From NCBI GenBank assembly GCA_001643675.2, contig LSRY02000007.1:1550001-1614000 (forward strand): a stretch of 64,000 nt of DNA, in the 5' to 3' direction. Source of the DNA: Monocercomonoides exilis PA203 (lineage: Eukaryota > Protista > Preaxostyla). Under the pieces are notes generated by a model. It worked only from the letters and a program-made list of their open reading frames with translations, was not told the origin of the DNA and ran no database searches. This document shows, piece after piece, positions 36,023 to 49,594 of this stretch; the first letter of the stretch is position 1, and each line of letters begins with the position of its first letter. The translations under genes were made by a program, and so were the position numbers.

Positions 36023-36377
36023 ATGTGTTTGTGAGGACTTTTGATGTATTTTTGATGAATTAAATGAAACAATGAAACGATATATTAATTAAATAATAAT
36101 AGAATAGAATAGAATAAAATAAAATAAAATAAAATAAAATAAAAACAATGATAATTAATTATTTTTTCTAATCTTTTCTTTTCTTTGCTAAATAAAGAAA
36201 AGCTTTTCTTTTCTATTTTGAAGAGTAACTTCTTTTTTTGTTTGATTAAAAATTGATTATTTTTTTCTTCATTTGCAATTGCTTTGCTTATGTCATCGCT
36301 TATGAGCATTGCATTCAATTTTTTTTGTGTGTGTGTCATTTTTCTCACATTTCTTTCTCTTTCTTTCTTTCTTTCCT

Positions 36378-36412
<35 letters not shown>

Positions 36413-37250
36413 GTTGCTTATTTTATCTTTTTTTATATTTCATCTGATATATTTTGTTACTCTCTTTCCAACTATTTATGCAAAGTTTATTTATCTTACA
36501 CAGTTCTTTATAATTTGACATATAAATTATGTTACTCCTTTTTTTAAACATCTTTTATAGAAGATAGGCAGTTTATTGCTATTTTTATTTATTTTTGTTT
36601 TTTTGTTTCTTTATTTCGAAGACTTTTGAAGTCAGCTTTTTTCTATCTCTTTGATGGCAATATGTTTCATACCATGATTAAACATATTTATTGTTATTTT
36701 TTTGAACTTATTTCAAATCAATTGTCTTATTCTTTGATTTAGAATAATTATGCTGACAATTGCGAAAACTGTAAAAAGAAGGCTTTTTGGTTTGCAAAAA
36801 ATGAGGAAGGATGAGAAGCAATCGAAATGCAAGTTACCGAAATTCAAAAGGTAAAACGTAATTAAATGGAATGAATCAAAAACTTAAAAAAGAAAAGAAA
36901 AGAAAAGAAAAGAAAAATTTCTTTGGAGTTTAACAAAAACAGCACGTCTACAGTTATTTTCATTTCACAAAAAATGAAATACGAAAAAGCAATTTTTTTG
37001 AAAGAGAATTTCGCTAAACAACTTTTAAACGCAAAACTTCAAAAAAGTTCAAACGAAAAAAGAATAAGAGATAAATACGAATCGCTCTTTGAATTTGATT
37101 GAATATTTCACACAGAATTTCTCAAGTCCAAAACGATTTCCAACATTCAACACAGCAAAAGAACATAAAAGAAAATGACAGCCCACTTCACTTTATCATT
37201 CATCGTTCATTTTCGCTTGTTAAAAAATAAAGTTCTTTCTTTCTTCTTTT

Positions 37251-38676
37251 TTATTCTTTCATTTTTTCATTCATTCCCCATCGAATCACTTCCTCATCAT
37301 GATCAGCTTCATTTGTCATGTGTGTTAACGGGCAAAGTGAGAATGATGCTTTCTCATCAGCATACCCAAATGAAGCACCAAATCTGATTTCATCTGCTAA
37401 AAACTCTATTGAAAATGGCTGTTTCACATCATCAATAAAGAAATGTGCAATGTGAGGTGTGACATTCATGTTCACTTCGACAGAAATTGTTTTGTGATCT
37501 TCCCATCTATCAGCATCACCTATTCGAACACCATCTCCATACACCCATCCACTTTTTTTTTTAAAAAAAAAAAAATATTTATTAATTTAAATCAATACAA
37601 AAATAAACGAATTATTTGAAAATAATACATGAAAATACAAAACAAAACAAACAATCCGTAGTATCCAATTGTGCCTAATTAGAGAAAGAAAAACAATAAC
37701 AAATAATTCACAAATGTAAAAAAGCAATGAAAAATACCTTTTTCGCATCCAATGCACTGCCCAGATTTTAACAGTGGAATTGTATTATCATGCATTCCAA
37801 AATCTATTTGAGATAATCAACGATATAAATGAAAAGATGAAAAGACCAATTAACACATACAAAAATATCCGCCTTTTGTGCAAATAATGATAACTTCACT
37901 AAAAAAAATAATGAATGTTTGAATTATACAAATTAATCTTCTGTTAAAAGCGAAACAATACCATTTCCAAATTCCACTCTTTACAGATTGGGACAAATAA
38001 ATGCTGTCGTAGCAACCAGAAGTCTTGTGCACAGCTTCCTTTTTGCATATTTCCCAAATTTTCTCAGACATTGGAAACACTATCAAATGCTGTTGCTCAA
38101 TGCTAGACTCTTCCGAACTTGATGCCTTTTCCAAACTATTTTGTTCTCTTTCGCAAGCTCTTTTGAGAAGCAAATGAAGGCGAGCTGCTTCGGCAGCAAT
38201 ATCATCAGATTCAGAATTTGTAAGAAGCTGAATGACTTCTAGCAATTCAGATGAATTTGGAAGATGCGCAACAGATTTTATTAGTGAAGCAATAAACTTA
38301 AGAATAAGAAGCAAAGATGACTCAGGCAAAGCAGACGATGAGGAACTTTCTGAAATAGATGGAGCAGAGGAGGAAGTTTGTTGTTCTTGTGTTTTTAAAA
38401 GAATTGGTAAAAGATTAATGAATGATGTTGTTGAAAAAACTTGAGCCGCATTTGTCGAAGTATTCATCAAAAAAATTGCTTCTGGTAAAACTTCTTGAAT
38501 TTTAAATGATGAATCATTCAATTTTTCTTTTATAATTTTTATTTTTTCACTCTGAATTGTTAAATAAAAGAAAAAACATTGCTAATGAGCAAAATATATC
38601 AATAATGCAAGTTTTTAACAATTTTTTTATCTGCATCAATATCTACAGATAGTATATTCTGTTCTTTTTCTGTCAT
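37251..38676 (-). CDS. Hypothetical protein with helical N-terminal region and C-terminal SPRY/B30.2-like domain, multi-exon
   Basis: Exons give SIYLSQSVKSGIWKW...GGYF-FGMHDNTIP...IGCEKG-IGYYG-WVYGDG...ISVEVNM...AHFFIDDVKQPFSI...IRFGAS, a SPRY-like pattern. The first exon (ATG 38676) is inferred from splice sites. Confidence 0.6.
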
Positions 38677-38975
38677 TTTGGAAAAGTTGCACGCTTTTGG
38701 GAAAAAGATTAAAAGTTTCCCATGTTTTCTTTCATTTTCGAAAATTGTAAAGGGTTCATTTTCAAATAATTGTTCATTAGATGGTAATTATTAAATAATT
38801 TATTGTTACAAAGAAGAGCTCATTTTTCAAACTTTACACTCCCGATAAAAACTTTTATAGTTCAGAAAAAAATAGTATTAGAAAATAAATTGGTGAATGT
38901 TTATTTGAAAGTTGCTATTTAATTCAACTTCATTTTTAAAAACAAAGTGAAAAAAAATAAAGAAATGAAGTGAAC

Positions 38976-41047
38976 TTAAACAGCACCAGGCTTTCCTGCC
39001 GCGAGTACATCATCAACAAGAAGTAATTGAGTTGCAATAACAGAAGCTGATAAAACAATCTGTCTCTTGACACACAGGTTATCTAAGATTTCATTAGCTG
39101 CTGCATCAATAGGCTGACCTGTCAAAATATCAACACCATATGCTTTCTTCTCTTCTCTCCATTTCTTTTGCAGTCCAACAACTGATTCAAGAGCATCAAA
39201 TCCACTGTTCTGTGAAATAAGTTTTGGAATAACAAGCAATGCATCTGCCAACACCTGCATTCCCGCAGCTTGTTTTCCGCTCTCTTCTTTAGCTGCCTTT
39301 CCGACTTCTTCACTGGCAGCTGCCTCAAACGCACCAGCACCTGGAACAACACATCCATCGACCAAAGCGTTCTTGGCTGCTCTGAGACCATCTCTCAGGG
39401 CATCCTTCAGCTGGGCGATGACATGAGGAGTGGAGCCTTTCACAAGAATGGTGCATGAATGAGGATCTTTGCATCCTTCAACAAATGTGTATTTATCTTC
39501 TCCCAATGTCTGCTCATAGACATGCTCAGCCCATCCAAGAACAGATTCGTCCATGTCATCAACAGAGTTGACAGACACACCACCTGAACATCGCCATTTC
39601 CCATCACATTTTTCAAAAAACATTGAATTAATGCAAACAAATGAACATAACAATTTTTTATGAAAAAAGGATTAATATTTGCAACAAAAAATAAGTTTGA
39701 CAAACCGCATGCAAGAGCCAAACGTTCCATGTTTCTCTTTTTCGCTCTTCTAAGGCCCACAATGTTCTCTTTTGCGAGTGCATCAAGAGAAATTGGATCA
39801 ATACCCTTTTGGTTGATTACAATGAATGATTGTCCGGCTGTGCAGACTTTCTTCTTCAACTCAATGATCTTTCTCACATTGTCATCAGTCACTGCACGCT
39901 CTGCTTTGACAAGTTGTTCTCTCTGCTCTGGTGTGGAATATGTGTTGGTTGAGTTAATTTCACTGCGGCACGAAAAGGCAACAATAGACATTAATTGTTA
40001 ATATCAATAACAATAAAAATTCTAAACGAGCAAGAAAATGAATTTAAACCTTTTTTCGTATTCCAATGAAACGTTGCAAATGAGAATAAAGCAGTGCTCG
40101 CACTCTCTTGGCATGTCTGGATGACGTGCTCCGTGATCAAGAACCAGACCTCTCACCAAAGATGTCTCAGCAGCCAATTTGTGTTGCATGTGCATAATTT
40201 CAACCATATGCAGATCTGGGAAGGGAAAAAAAAGATAAATAAACTTTTAGTGAAGTTAAAATGTAATAAGTTTCACACTTAATTCTTCATTTGGTCTTTT
40301 GATGATATTAATTGCTTCAGTTGTAATTTCAGACATTTTTTCTGCAAGTTGTGGAGGAACTTTTGTCATAAATGAAGATTTAACAACACCACTCAACATT
40401 TTTCCTTCCTTATCCAATGGAATTTTGATGTCATCAAGTGTCTTAACAGCAATTTCACATCCTTTTCTTATACCATCAACAAGAACACGTGGATGAGTTC
40501 CTTCAAGAAGTGATCGTTCTGCACATTTCAAGATTTCAGCATTAAGCAAGCAAACAGATGATGTTCCGTCTCCATATTCATCATCAATAGCTGCAGCGGA
40601 TCTGGAAATAAGTTGTGCAGTTGGAAGTTGAATTTGCTGAATAAACAATGTCGATATAAAAGCATTTCAAAAGAAAATAATATATACCATTTCACTGAGA
40701 AGTGTTGCTCCGTCCTTTGTTATCTTAATTGATCCTGCTCCGCTTACAAGCCTGAAAATTTAAAGAAAAAAATGATAAAAAAGGTGTTTATTACACCATT
40801 TACAAAAACAGAAACAATAATTGTCACGATGAAAAGATAACAATATCATACATTTTCATTGTGCCTGTTGGGCCAACATTTGATCTAAGAACTTCTTGAA
40901 GTCCCTGCACAAAGATTTAAGAATTAGATAAATATTCAAGGAAATAGCACGTTTGATCGTTAACAAAATTTATTAAAAGCACTAATATCCTCAAACTTTA
41001 GCTTGAGTAATGTTCCATGCAAGTGCTTTGTTGATAGAATGAGCCAT
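38976..41047 (-). CDS. CCT6: T-complex protein 1 subunit zeta (CCT6), multi-exon
   Basis: [105 protein letters not shown]. Confidence 0.97.
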
Positions 41048-41324
41048 TTTGTAAAAATTAAATTTTGATTCCAAATTAAGTATAATGAAACACGCAATAA
41101 TTTCAATTGAAATTGAGTATTTCTTTCATTTTGATTTTTGATTGAAAAATTGAATAAACAAAATAAGAGATATTATGCATTCTTCAGAATAAAAGGAAGA
41201 AAATGAAATGAGATGAGTAAAAGTGAAATAAATAATCAACATTTTTAATCAAAGTTATTTATTTCAATAACCAACAAATTTCTTGTATACACAAATAACT
41301 CTTCTTAATTTTGTGATGACGTGT

Positions 41325-42412
41325 TCACTGAGTTGATGAAGGACGTCCAGGGCCAGGAGTTGAAGTTGATTCAGGAGCATCGTCCTTTGCAGATTCATCT
41401 GAAGAAGCTCCAATTAAAGCACCTTAAAAAAATAAATCAAATTTCAAAAATTGTAAAAAATAAAACTTCAATTATTTTCGAAAAAAACAATGTAAACCAT
41501 CTAATTTTTTAACGCCAGGCAATCTCTTTAATAAATCATCCTTGTATGTAGCTAAAAGAAAATAGGTTTTAAAAAAAGTTGAAATAGTTTAAACAAGAAA
41601 AAATACCTGGAGAACTGGTTTCAATAGGATTTCCAATAAATGAAACATCATTAAGTTCAGGAAGTTCAGCCTATTTAATTAATTACATTAATGAAATCTC
41701 AAATTATAAAATGAAAAAAGTTCAAACCAATTTGTCAATTTCTCCCCAACTTGTAATGTTATTATGACTCATATAAAGGCATTGAAGACGTTTGCAACAC
41801 AGAACGCCAGCCTAATATTTATAATTAAATAAAAAGATAATCATCATTTATTTACTAAAGCATTTCCATACCACTTTGTCAATTGAATTGTAAGAAATCC
41901 AAAGAGAACGAAGAGTATTTGCAACAGGCTCAAGTCCCTCGATTTTTTTGATGAGATTCCTTCCTAGGGACAAAAGCTCCAATTTTTCTGTAAAATAGAT
42001 AATAAAAGATGATATACGAGTTGAATATTCACACACCCAGTCCTCCAAGGTTAGAAATACGATCAATACGATTAGTAGAAAGGGAAAGAACTCTGTAAAG
42101 AACAAAGACATTTATCAGTCCATCAGCATTATTAATACAAAAAAATTAAAATATACTTTACATTGCGCAATGTTGAAAGTGCATTATCCATTTTTTCAAT
42201 AGGAGGAATTTGATAATAAAGTTTAACTTCTTCCGATTCAGCAGCTGATTGTTGATGCTTCTCTTCCTAATAATTTTTAAAGCACCGTTTATAAATTAAA
42301 GAAATGCAAAAACAAAAAAGTGAAAAATTCATTTAAAAAATAACTTATTATTATTAAAAAAGTATCGTACCCATGCTTTGATGGCCGAAGCGATTGTTGT
42401 TGGTTTGCTCAT
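41325..42412 (-). CDS. DNAL1: Axonemal dynein light chain 1 (LC1, leucine-rich repeat), about 8 exons
   Basis: [17 protein letters not shown]...[101 protein letters not shown]. Confidence 0.95.
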
Positions 42413-42493
42413 GGAATAAAGTTTTTTTCAACCTCCAAATCTGATCAAAAAATGACCATAAACACATAAAAAGGATCTAACCACAATAAGACG
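42413..42493. promoter_or_regulatory. Probable compact bidirectional promoter (81 bp between divergent ATGs)
   Basis: The DNAL1 ATG at 42412 (-) and the next gene's ATG at 42494 (+) are head-to-head. Confidence 0.55.
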
Positions 42494-45400
42494 ATGCAAA
42501 CATTGTTTGAGCTCTTGCCAGTTGTATCGTTTAAGTCGGCCGATACAGTCGCATCTAAATGGCGTATGATACAATGTGCAGCCCAAGGAGGCATAAAAGG
42601 AAACGAATTTTTTGCTTTCTTTTTATCAACGCAAATGCTCGTTATTCGAAATGCAAAAACTTCGAGAACAGCTTCATTCAGGACTTATCAAACGCAAAAA
42701 GGATTTGTGGTTTGAATGATTTTTGCGATTTTTTATGAAATTTATATATTGCATTGCTTTTGAATTTTTGAAGAATTTTGAACCAATTGATAAAGAAATA
42801 CAAAATAAAACGTCAGCTGACTTCATACAAAATTCTCATTTGGGAATGGCTCAATTACAAAAAACAAGAAAGCATTATGAGTCCATACTTCACCTTGCAG
42901 AGCCACCTATTTGCCCAGATGGCACAAAACCACCTCCATCTTACATAGTTGCAATGTGCTTTTCACCTGATGCACGATTTCTTCTCACAGTGTCAAGTTC
43001 GGGAGGAATTACTATTTTTCCGATGTCCTTGTTTTTTTCTGAAGAAAAGCTTGCTGAAATGCACTCATCTTCAGATCCGTTTTTTAACAATTCTAGTATT
43101 GATCCTGTAACAGGCCAACCAATGTCGCATACGAAACCTATAACGATCAATGTTTTGCAAGAACCAGGACTTCCGAATTTGCATATACGGCAAGCTGTTT
43201 GGTGGCAATCCAGAAAAGAAGTGCCATTTGCAGTTATAATATCGGAAGAAGGTGCGCTGTATTTTGTGAACTTGAAACGTGGCGAGAAAGTGCGCGTTGA
43301 CTTTTCCGTGCCTTTGGTTAGGTGCTGCGTTGCAACTGTCTCTAAAAGCGGATGCACAGTTGCAGTGGTTGCGCGGAAGGGGCAAGGGATGTGCTATGTG
43401 ATGATGGAGGATGGCGATGGGAATCTGCTATTTTCAAAGGAAATCCAGCCACAGCCGAATCAGATGTCGAATGTGGAGCAGCTCTCGTTTCTCTGCCCAA
43501 TCACATCACCGTATGTGAACGGGATAGGCATTTATGTTCCTCAGCAGTCTCTGTTCACAATCACTGAGGGAAGCGACATGAACGAGAAGAAGTTCAGTTT
43601 GCCAGACCCTGGGCACAACATCACACACATCCTTCCGTCTGACCGCTTTCTCTTCTGCGTGAAAACAACTCGTATGCTTTTTGAGTTTTTTGACATTACA
43701 GAAATTTTATGATTCCCTTTTATTATTATTATTACAATTGTTACTTGCTTATTATTTTATTTATTTATTTATTTTTCTACCTCCTTTCATTTTTCAATTT
43801 TTTTTTTCATTTTCTTTCTCATTCCATTCCCTCTTCAGCCTGCACCCGCTGTTCCCATGTGATGATCATCTCCTCCAACTTGGCCAGCTACTCACGTGAA
43901 TTGTCTAAATCTCCTGTGTCAATTGCTCTTGATGACCCAAGCGATGTTCACAGGGCAATTCTGCAGTCATTTGTGCTCGATCAGGATGAGGTTAACATTT
44001 CTTTTTCACACACACACGTATATTTAATTATTTTGTCAACTGTTTTATGTTTATTTGGTTCTTTGTGTTCTTTGCGATTGAATTCATTTTTTTTTTATTC
44101 TTTCAATTCTTTGTTAATATTTCTCTCTCTTTCTCTCTCTTTCTCTCTCTTTCTCTCTCTCTTTCTCTCTCTTTATCTCTCTTAATCTCTCTTTCTCTCT
44201 CTCTTTCTCTCTCTTTATCTCTCTTAATCTCTCTTTCTCTCTCTCTTTCTCTTTCTCCTTCTTTCATCCAATCTTCATCCCAATTATATCTTCAGCAAGT
44301 CCTTCAGCTCTTCCCTGAGTTCAATGACGAAGTCATCACAACCACTCTTTCTGACCTCAAAAACCGCGAAAGAGCGAACATTGCCTATGGAGTTGCCGGA
44401 AAGAGCGGGCAGAGGGGGAAATATCCAACAAATATGAAAACGAAAGGAGAAAAAGGAGGAGGAGTGAAAGGAAGAGGGATGAATAGAAACATGCAGCAGA
44501 CACCGCACAGAGTGCCTTTAATTTCAAATCCTGTTTTTCCTCCTTCTTCATCATCGTCATCTATTTCTTCTTCTATGAATGATCATAGAATCATTTCAAC
44601 TTCTTCTTCTTCTTCTTCTTCCACCTCTTCTCGTTCTGCCTCTCCTTCTTCTTCTCCTTCTTCTTCCATTCGCCCCTTGTCCACTCCACCTCAATCATCT
44701 CACTCAACAGAAGACAATTCATCATCATCATCATCATCAAACACTTCTTCTTCTTCAACCTCTTCTTCTTCTTCTGACTCAATCATTTCTCCTTCCTCCC
44801 CTTCCTCCTCCTCCTCTTCCTCTTCTTCTTCCTCTGCCTTTTCCTCTCCCACCACCTCTGCCATGCAAAGCACCTACTTCTCCACTGCCCAGGGCTCTGC
44901 CATCGGCGCCCTTAAATTCCTCCCAAACACATCCAGCCTCGCCCCTTCCCCCGAAGAAGGGATCGAAGACATGGATCTGCCTCCTTCTCGGCCCCCGGGT
45001 TATTCTTACTCTCCTCCAAGAAGCGTTATTTTGCCTTCTTCTTCTACTTCTTCTTCTTCTTCCTCGTTTTCTTCTTCTTCTTCTTCTTCTTCTTCTTCTT
45101 CTTCTTCTCTTCCTTCTTCTCAGACACAAACAATACATCGTCCATCTGCTTCTTCCATCCTCAGCCCACCTCACGCTCATTCACCTTCACATTCACCTTC
45201 TCAATCATCAATATCAATGCTGTCATCATCTTCTTCTTCTTCCTTTTCCTCTTCCTCCTCCCCCCCCTCTTCTTCTTCTTCTTCTTCTTCTTCTTCTTCT
45301 TCTCAATCCAAACATCTTCATTCATCTTCAATTTCTTCCGTTCGACAACAACAGCAGCAACAACAGTTTTCTGTCCAGTCTGTGCCAAGAGACAAACATC

Positions 45401-48400
45401 TTCGCGCTGACTCCTCAAAAGCAGCATCTGACAGCAAATCCCTCTCTTCTTCTTCTATCAGAGGCATTTCACACTCTCATTCTCATACGCCTTCCTCTTC
45501 CTCTTTTTCTTCTTTCTCCTCTTTCCCGGCTTCTCCTTCCTCTTCTCGTTCTTCTCCTTCTCTCAGACATTCGCAATACCCTTCCTCTTCTCTTGCAGAT
45601 GGACTTGTTTCTATCAGCTCCCCAACATATCTTTCATCATCCTCATCTTCTTCTCTCTCTTCCTCTCTCTCCTCTTCCCTCTCCTCTTCCTCTTCCTCTT
45701 CCTCTCTCTCAGCCGATGGCGAGTCCTCCTTCAACCCGGAGCTCCTCTTTGCCTCGTGCTACCCGCCTGTTGAGGGCTTCTACATTCTCACTGCCACCAC
45801 TCTCTACCACGTGCGCCTCTGCTCAGACCCTTCCCGCCTCCTCATCTCCCTCCTCACCTCTTCTCCTCCCCGCATCACCCCAGCTGCCAGGCTGTCTGTT
45901 GCCTGCTCACTCAACTTTGAGCTGGCGGCTTCGTTTGCGGCAAATGTGCTGTTTTGCAGTGGAGCGTTTGACGGGGCATTCAGACTGTGGGTGGAAGGAG
46001 CAAGAAAATCCCCCCTCTTTCTCGTGCAGAAGATGATCCGGGCTGGCTATTATAACGAGGCCATTGAGACGATTGACTCGATTTGCCCGAATGAGGCGAT
46101 TTGTATGTGGGATTGGATGGTTTTTTTTGTTTGTGGGGAAGAATGGAAGAGAGAATTTTTGTATTTGTTGGACTTGCTTTTTTATTTTTTTATTCTAATT
46201 ATTGTGTTTTTAATCAAATTGTGACTGTTAATTGCTTTTTATTCATTGCCATTTATTTATTATTATTTTTTCTATCATTCTTTTTTTTATTATTATTCCT
46301 TTTTCTCTCTTTATTTATCATTCCCTCAGCCCTCAACGACCGCTTCCGCTTGGCTGAGCAGTCGATGATGCTTCGTCTCTACCGCCACTGCATCGATCCA
46401 TCGCCTCACACACTCACTCGCATCACACGGCAGCTCCATGTGCTTCTTTCTCTTGCTGACATCCTCTTTCCTCATCAGAATCCTCTTGCTTCGTTTTCTT
46501 CTTCTTCTTCTTCTAGTTCTAATTCTCGCAATTCACTCATTCCCATTTCATCTTCACAATCACAATCGCAATCATCATCTTCTTCTTCTTCTTCTTCTTC
46601 TTCTTTTGACTCCACCAATTCCACCAGACACATCAGCCAAACACACATCCCCCGCATCCTCCGCCTCATCATCCACCTCCGTCTCCTTCACCCTCTCCTC
46701 CAATGCGCTGCCCCTCATCGCTACCTCCTCTCTGCTGTGTTGTATCTCCTCTCTTCTCTTCTCCCCTCAGACATTCCAGTCGAAGCAGCACGTTGCTGCG
46801 TCTCTCTGGGTGCTGATCTGTTTTCTCCCCCGCTTTCTCTCCTTCCGCTTGCCACGAGGGCTTCTTTGATTCAGAGTGTGCCTTCTCTTTCAACAGCCAG
46901 AATGGTCGAGACAGCACTCCTGCTTCCTCATTTGAGGAGCAGTGTGTTGGCAGACTTTGCACAGATGGTGGAGCAGAGGCTGGCATCAGCACCAAAGCTG
47001 GTGAGGAATGGAGATGTTGTGCAGCTGATGAAAGGGGCAGGAAGTGGAAGAGGAGGAGAGGAGGATGAGGATGAGGATGAAGATGATTTGTATGGTGATT
47101 ATGATGATGATGATGATGATGATGATGGCTACAATGTGAACAGACGAGGTGCACGTGGAAGAAGAGATGACGAGTCAAACACAGACAGCTACATGAGTGA
47201 AATGAGCAACAGCGATGACGATTATGATGATAGCGATGATGATGATTATGAGAATGATTATGCAGATGATTGGTTGAATGAAAGCGAAAGCGCAGACGAA
47301 AACGAACGAACGAACACTGAAAATAGCACATTCGCATGGCCCAATTATTCATCGTCATTGCCAACTTCTTCTTCCTCTTCTTCTTTTTCCTCTGGAGCTT
47401 TGTCGTTATCTGCCGATCATCCAACAGCCATTCCTTCGATTAGTGGCAGCGATCCTGACTCTTTCTCTCTCTCATCTCTTCCTCCTCCTGCTTTAGACGT
47501 GGAGCAGTGTGTTGGTCTTTTGGAGTTGTCTCTGCTGGCAAAGTGCATTCTCTGCAGCCGCTCGCCCCGCAACACCCCTGCCCGCTCCATCCACGCTGCC
47601 ACACTCCAAGCAGCGCTTTCCTCAGCTGTGCCTGTTGTGCACACATCCACCGTGTTGAGATGGTTGATTGATTGGGGTTGCTTTGAATCAGCAGCATATC
47701 TGGCTGTCCTCAGAGGTGATGTGCAGCTGGCGTGTGAGTGCATTTTGAGAGAGGGGAAGGCGAGGTTTGACGCAGGGGAGCCACAGAGCTACCAGAAGAG
47801 TGGAGGGTTGGCAGATAGAAAAGGAGGAAGTGATATTGGAGTGAATTTCAATAGGGAAAATACAAACACAACAACAATCGCATCATCATCACCATCATCA
47901 TCAACTGATGCAAATTTGAGATCTCAATTAATGACTGACGAAGCTAATTCACATTCTCCTCTGTTTCTGCACTCTGTTGCTTTGTTTGTGGCATCTAATG
48001 CTCTGCCAATTGTGGTAACAGCCCATCCTGTTTCCATGCAGCGCGCACTGATGGAGCAGATCCTGCTGTTCTTTTCAGTTTATCGTCTTCCCCCAACTCC
48101 GCTCGATGAGTTTATTTCTTCCCATCTTTCCTCGTTCCTGCTGTGTCTCCTTTCTCTCCTTGCTGCCCCTCCACCGGGCATCCCTCTTCCGTTCTCTCCT
48201 TTTCTTTATGCTCTTATCATTTCTGCTGTGTGTGATGTTGAAGCACGCAGCAGCGATCTGGCAGACATGGTGGAGATTGCACTGGAAATGGATGGACCAG
48301 CCAGAAACGCCACTGAATTTGGCGATTGGCCTTGGAAGCAGAAAAGACTTGATGGATTTGAGAGAAGAAAAGAGGCAGATAGTGGTAGTTTGGGTGATGG

Positions 48401-49460
48401 GCAAAAGTTGAATGCTGGATGGGGGAGTGATTATGAAAGAGGAAGACAAACAAATGAAGCTATATCCAAAGCAGCAGCAGCAAGCAGAAAAACAGAGGAA
48501 GAGGCAGAAGAAGCAGAAAGAGAGAAGGAGAGAGAGATTGAGTGGTGGCTCAAAGAAGAAAAGATCAGAAGACAGCGACTGCAAAGATTGGACAGCAGAA
48601 GATTTGAGGATCGGTTAATTGTTCTGATGAAGCTGGACTCTTCAGAAAGACATCAATTTGAAGAAAGAGGAAGAGGAGGAAGAGAAGAAAATGAGGATAC
48701 AGAGAGGTTTGGAATGAGAGAAGGAGGAGAAAGAGGCCGAGGCACTGAGCAGGACGAAGAGAGCTATGAAGCAGACGTAGGTGCATCTACAAGAGAAGGG
48801 CAGAAATTGACAAAGCAGAGGAGGAAAGGAGTTGTGTGTCATTTGGGCTTTGACGATGGGTTTGGTGGGAAAGGGAAAGGGAGAGCGATGGTTGGGAAGG
48901 AGAAGGGCAGCGGAGACGGACCGCAGCTGCGCGACGGCAGCGGCGAAGAGGCGTTTGGGCAGGTGGCAGACTTTGGGCCGAGCACAGATGCATTCAACTG
49001 CGATGCTGACACACAGACAAGAGCATCGAGAGTGTGGGATGTTATCGGATTCAACATCACCCGCGATGCTGATCCGCCTTCGTTTGTACCTCTTCCTTCG
49101 CATCTGCTCTCTCCGCGCCAGTCCGCTTCAGTGTCATCACGCATTGCGAATCCGTTGATGCAGTTTCTTTCGACTGATAATAGTTCAAATACAGCGAATT
49201 TGCATAATTTGAGTGGAAATTCTTCTTCTACTGCTGCTGCTCAAAGTAAAAAGGATGCAACTCAGACTTTTGCTTTATTTACGTGTGGACATCAGTATCC
49301 TTCTTATGTTTTCCATAAAATGGTTGCGCAATTTGTCTCCCAAATGAACTCTTCTCAAACATCAACTCCATTAACAGCAGCTCTTGTTAATCAACTCTAC
49401 AAACACCAGGCATTCAGATTACCTTGTCCTGCATGCTTATTGAAGCAAATAAGCAGATGA
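42494..49460 (+). CDS. Large protein with beta-propeller-like N-terminus, helical middle and C-terminal CGH...CPAC zinc-finger-like motif (possible endolysosomal trafficking factor), about 5 exons
   Basis: WD40-like IVAMCFSPDARFLLTVSSSGGITIFP and FAVIISEEGALYFVNL. GT-AG introns at ~42710-42772, ~43672-43838, 43991-44295 and ~46103-46329 join the ORFs. Ends FTCGHQY...LPCPACLLKQISR. Confidence 0.7.
44118..44260 (+). repeat. Intronic (CT)n microsatellite with a 42-bp tandem duplication
   Basis: A unit beginning CTTTATCTCTCTTAATCTCTCTTTCTCTCTCTCTTTCTCT occurs at ~44171 and ~44213. Confidence 0.85.
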
Positions 49461-49594
49461 ACATATATGTTCAATGATTTTCTATCATTTTTATTGAATA
49501 TTTTAGATTATTTCTGTTTTATAATTTACTTTTAAGAATAAAATAAAAAATTTTTAATCAAATTGTGGGCCTATTTTTAGTTTTTTTGTGGCAA

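Noticed and set aside
31113-36072. Poly-Leu, poly-Glu and poly-Lys/Arg ORFs in alternative frames (also at 44579-46036 and 50832-51932)
   Set aside because: They are expected frame translations of TCN microsatellites, which lack stop codons.
36085-36547. ORFs and (TAAAA)n / T-run repeats downstream of CK1
   Set aside because: Low-complexity UTR or intergenic DNA with spurious F/K-rich ORFs.
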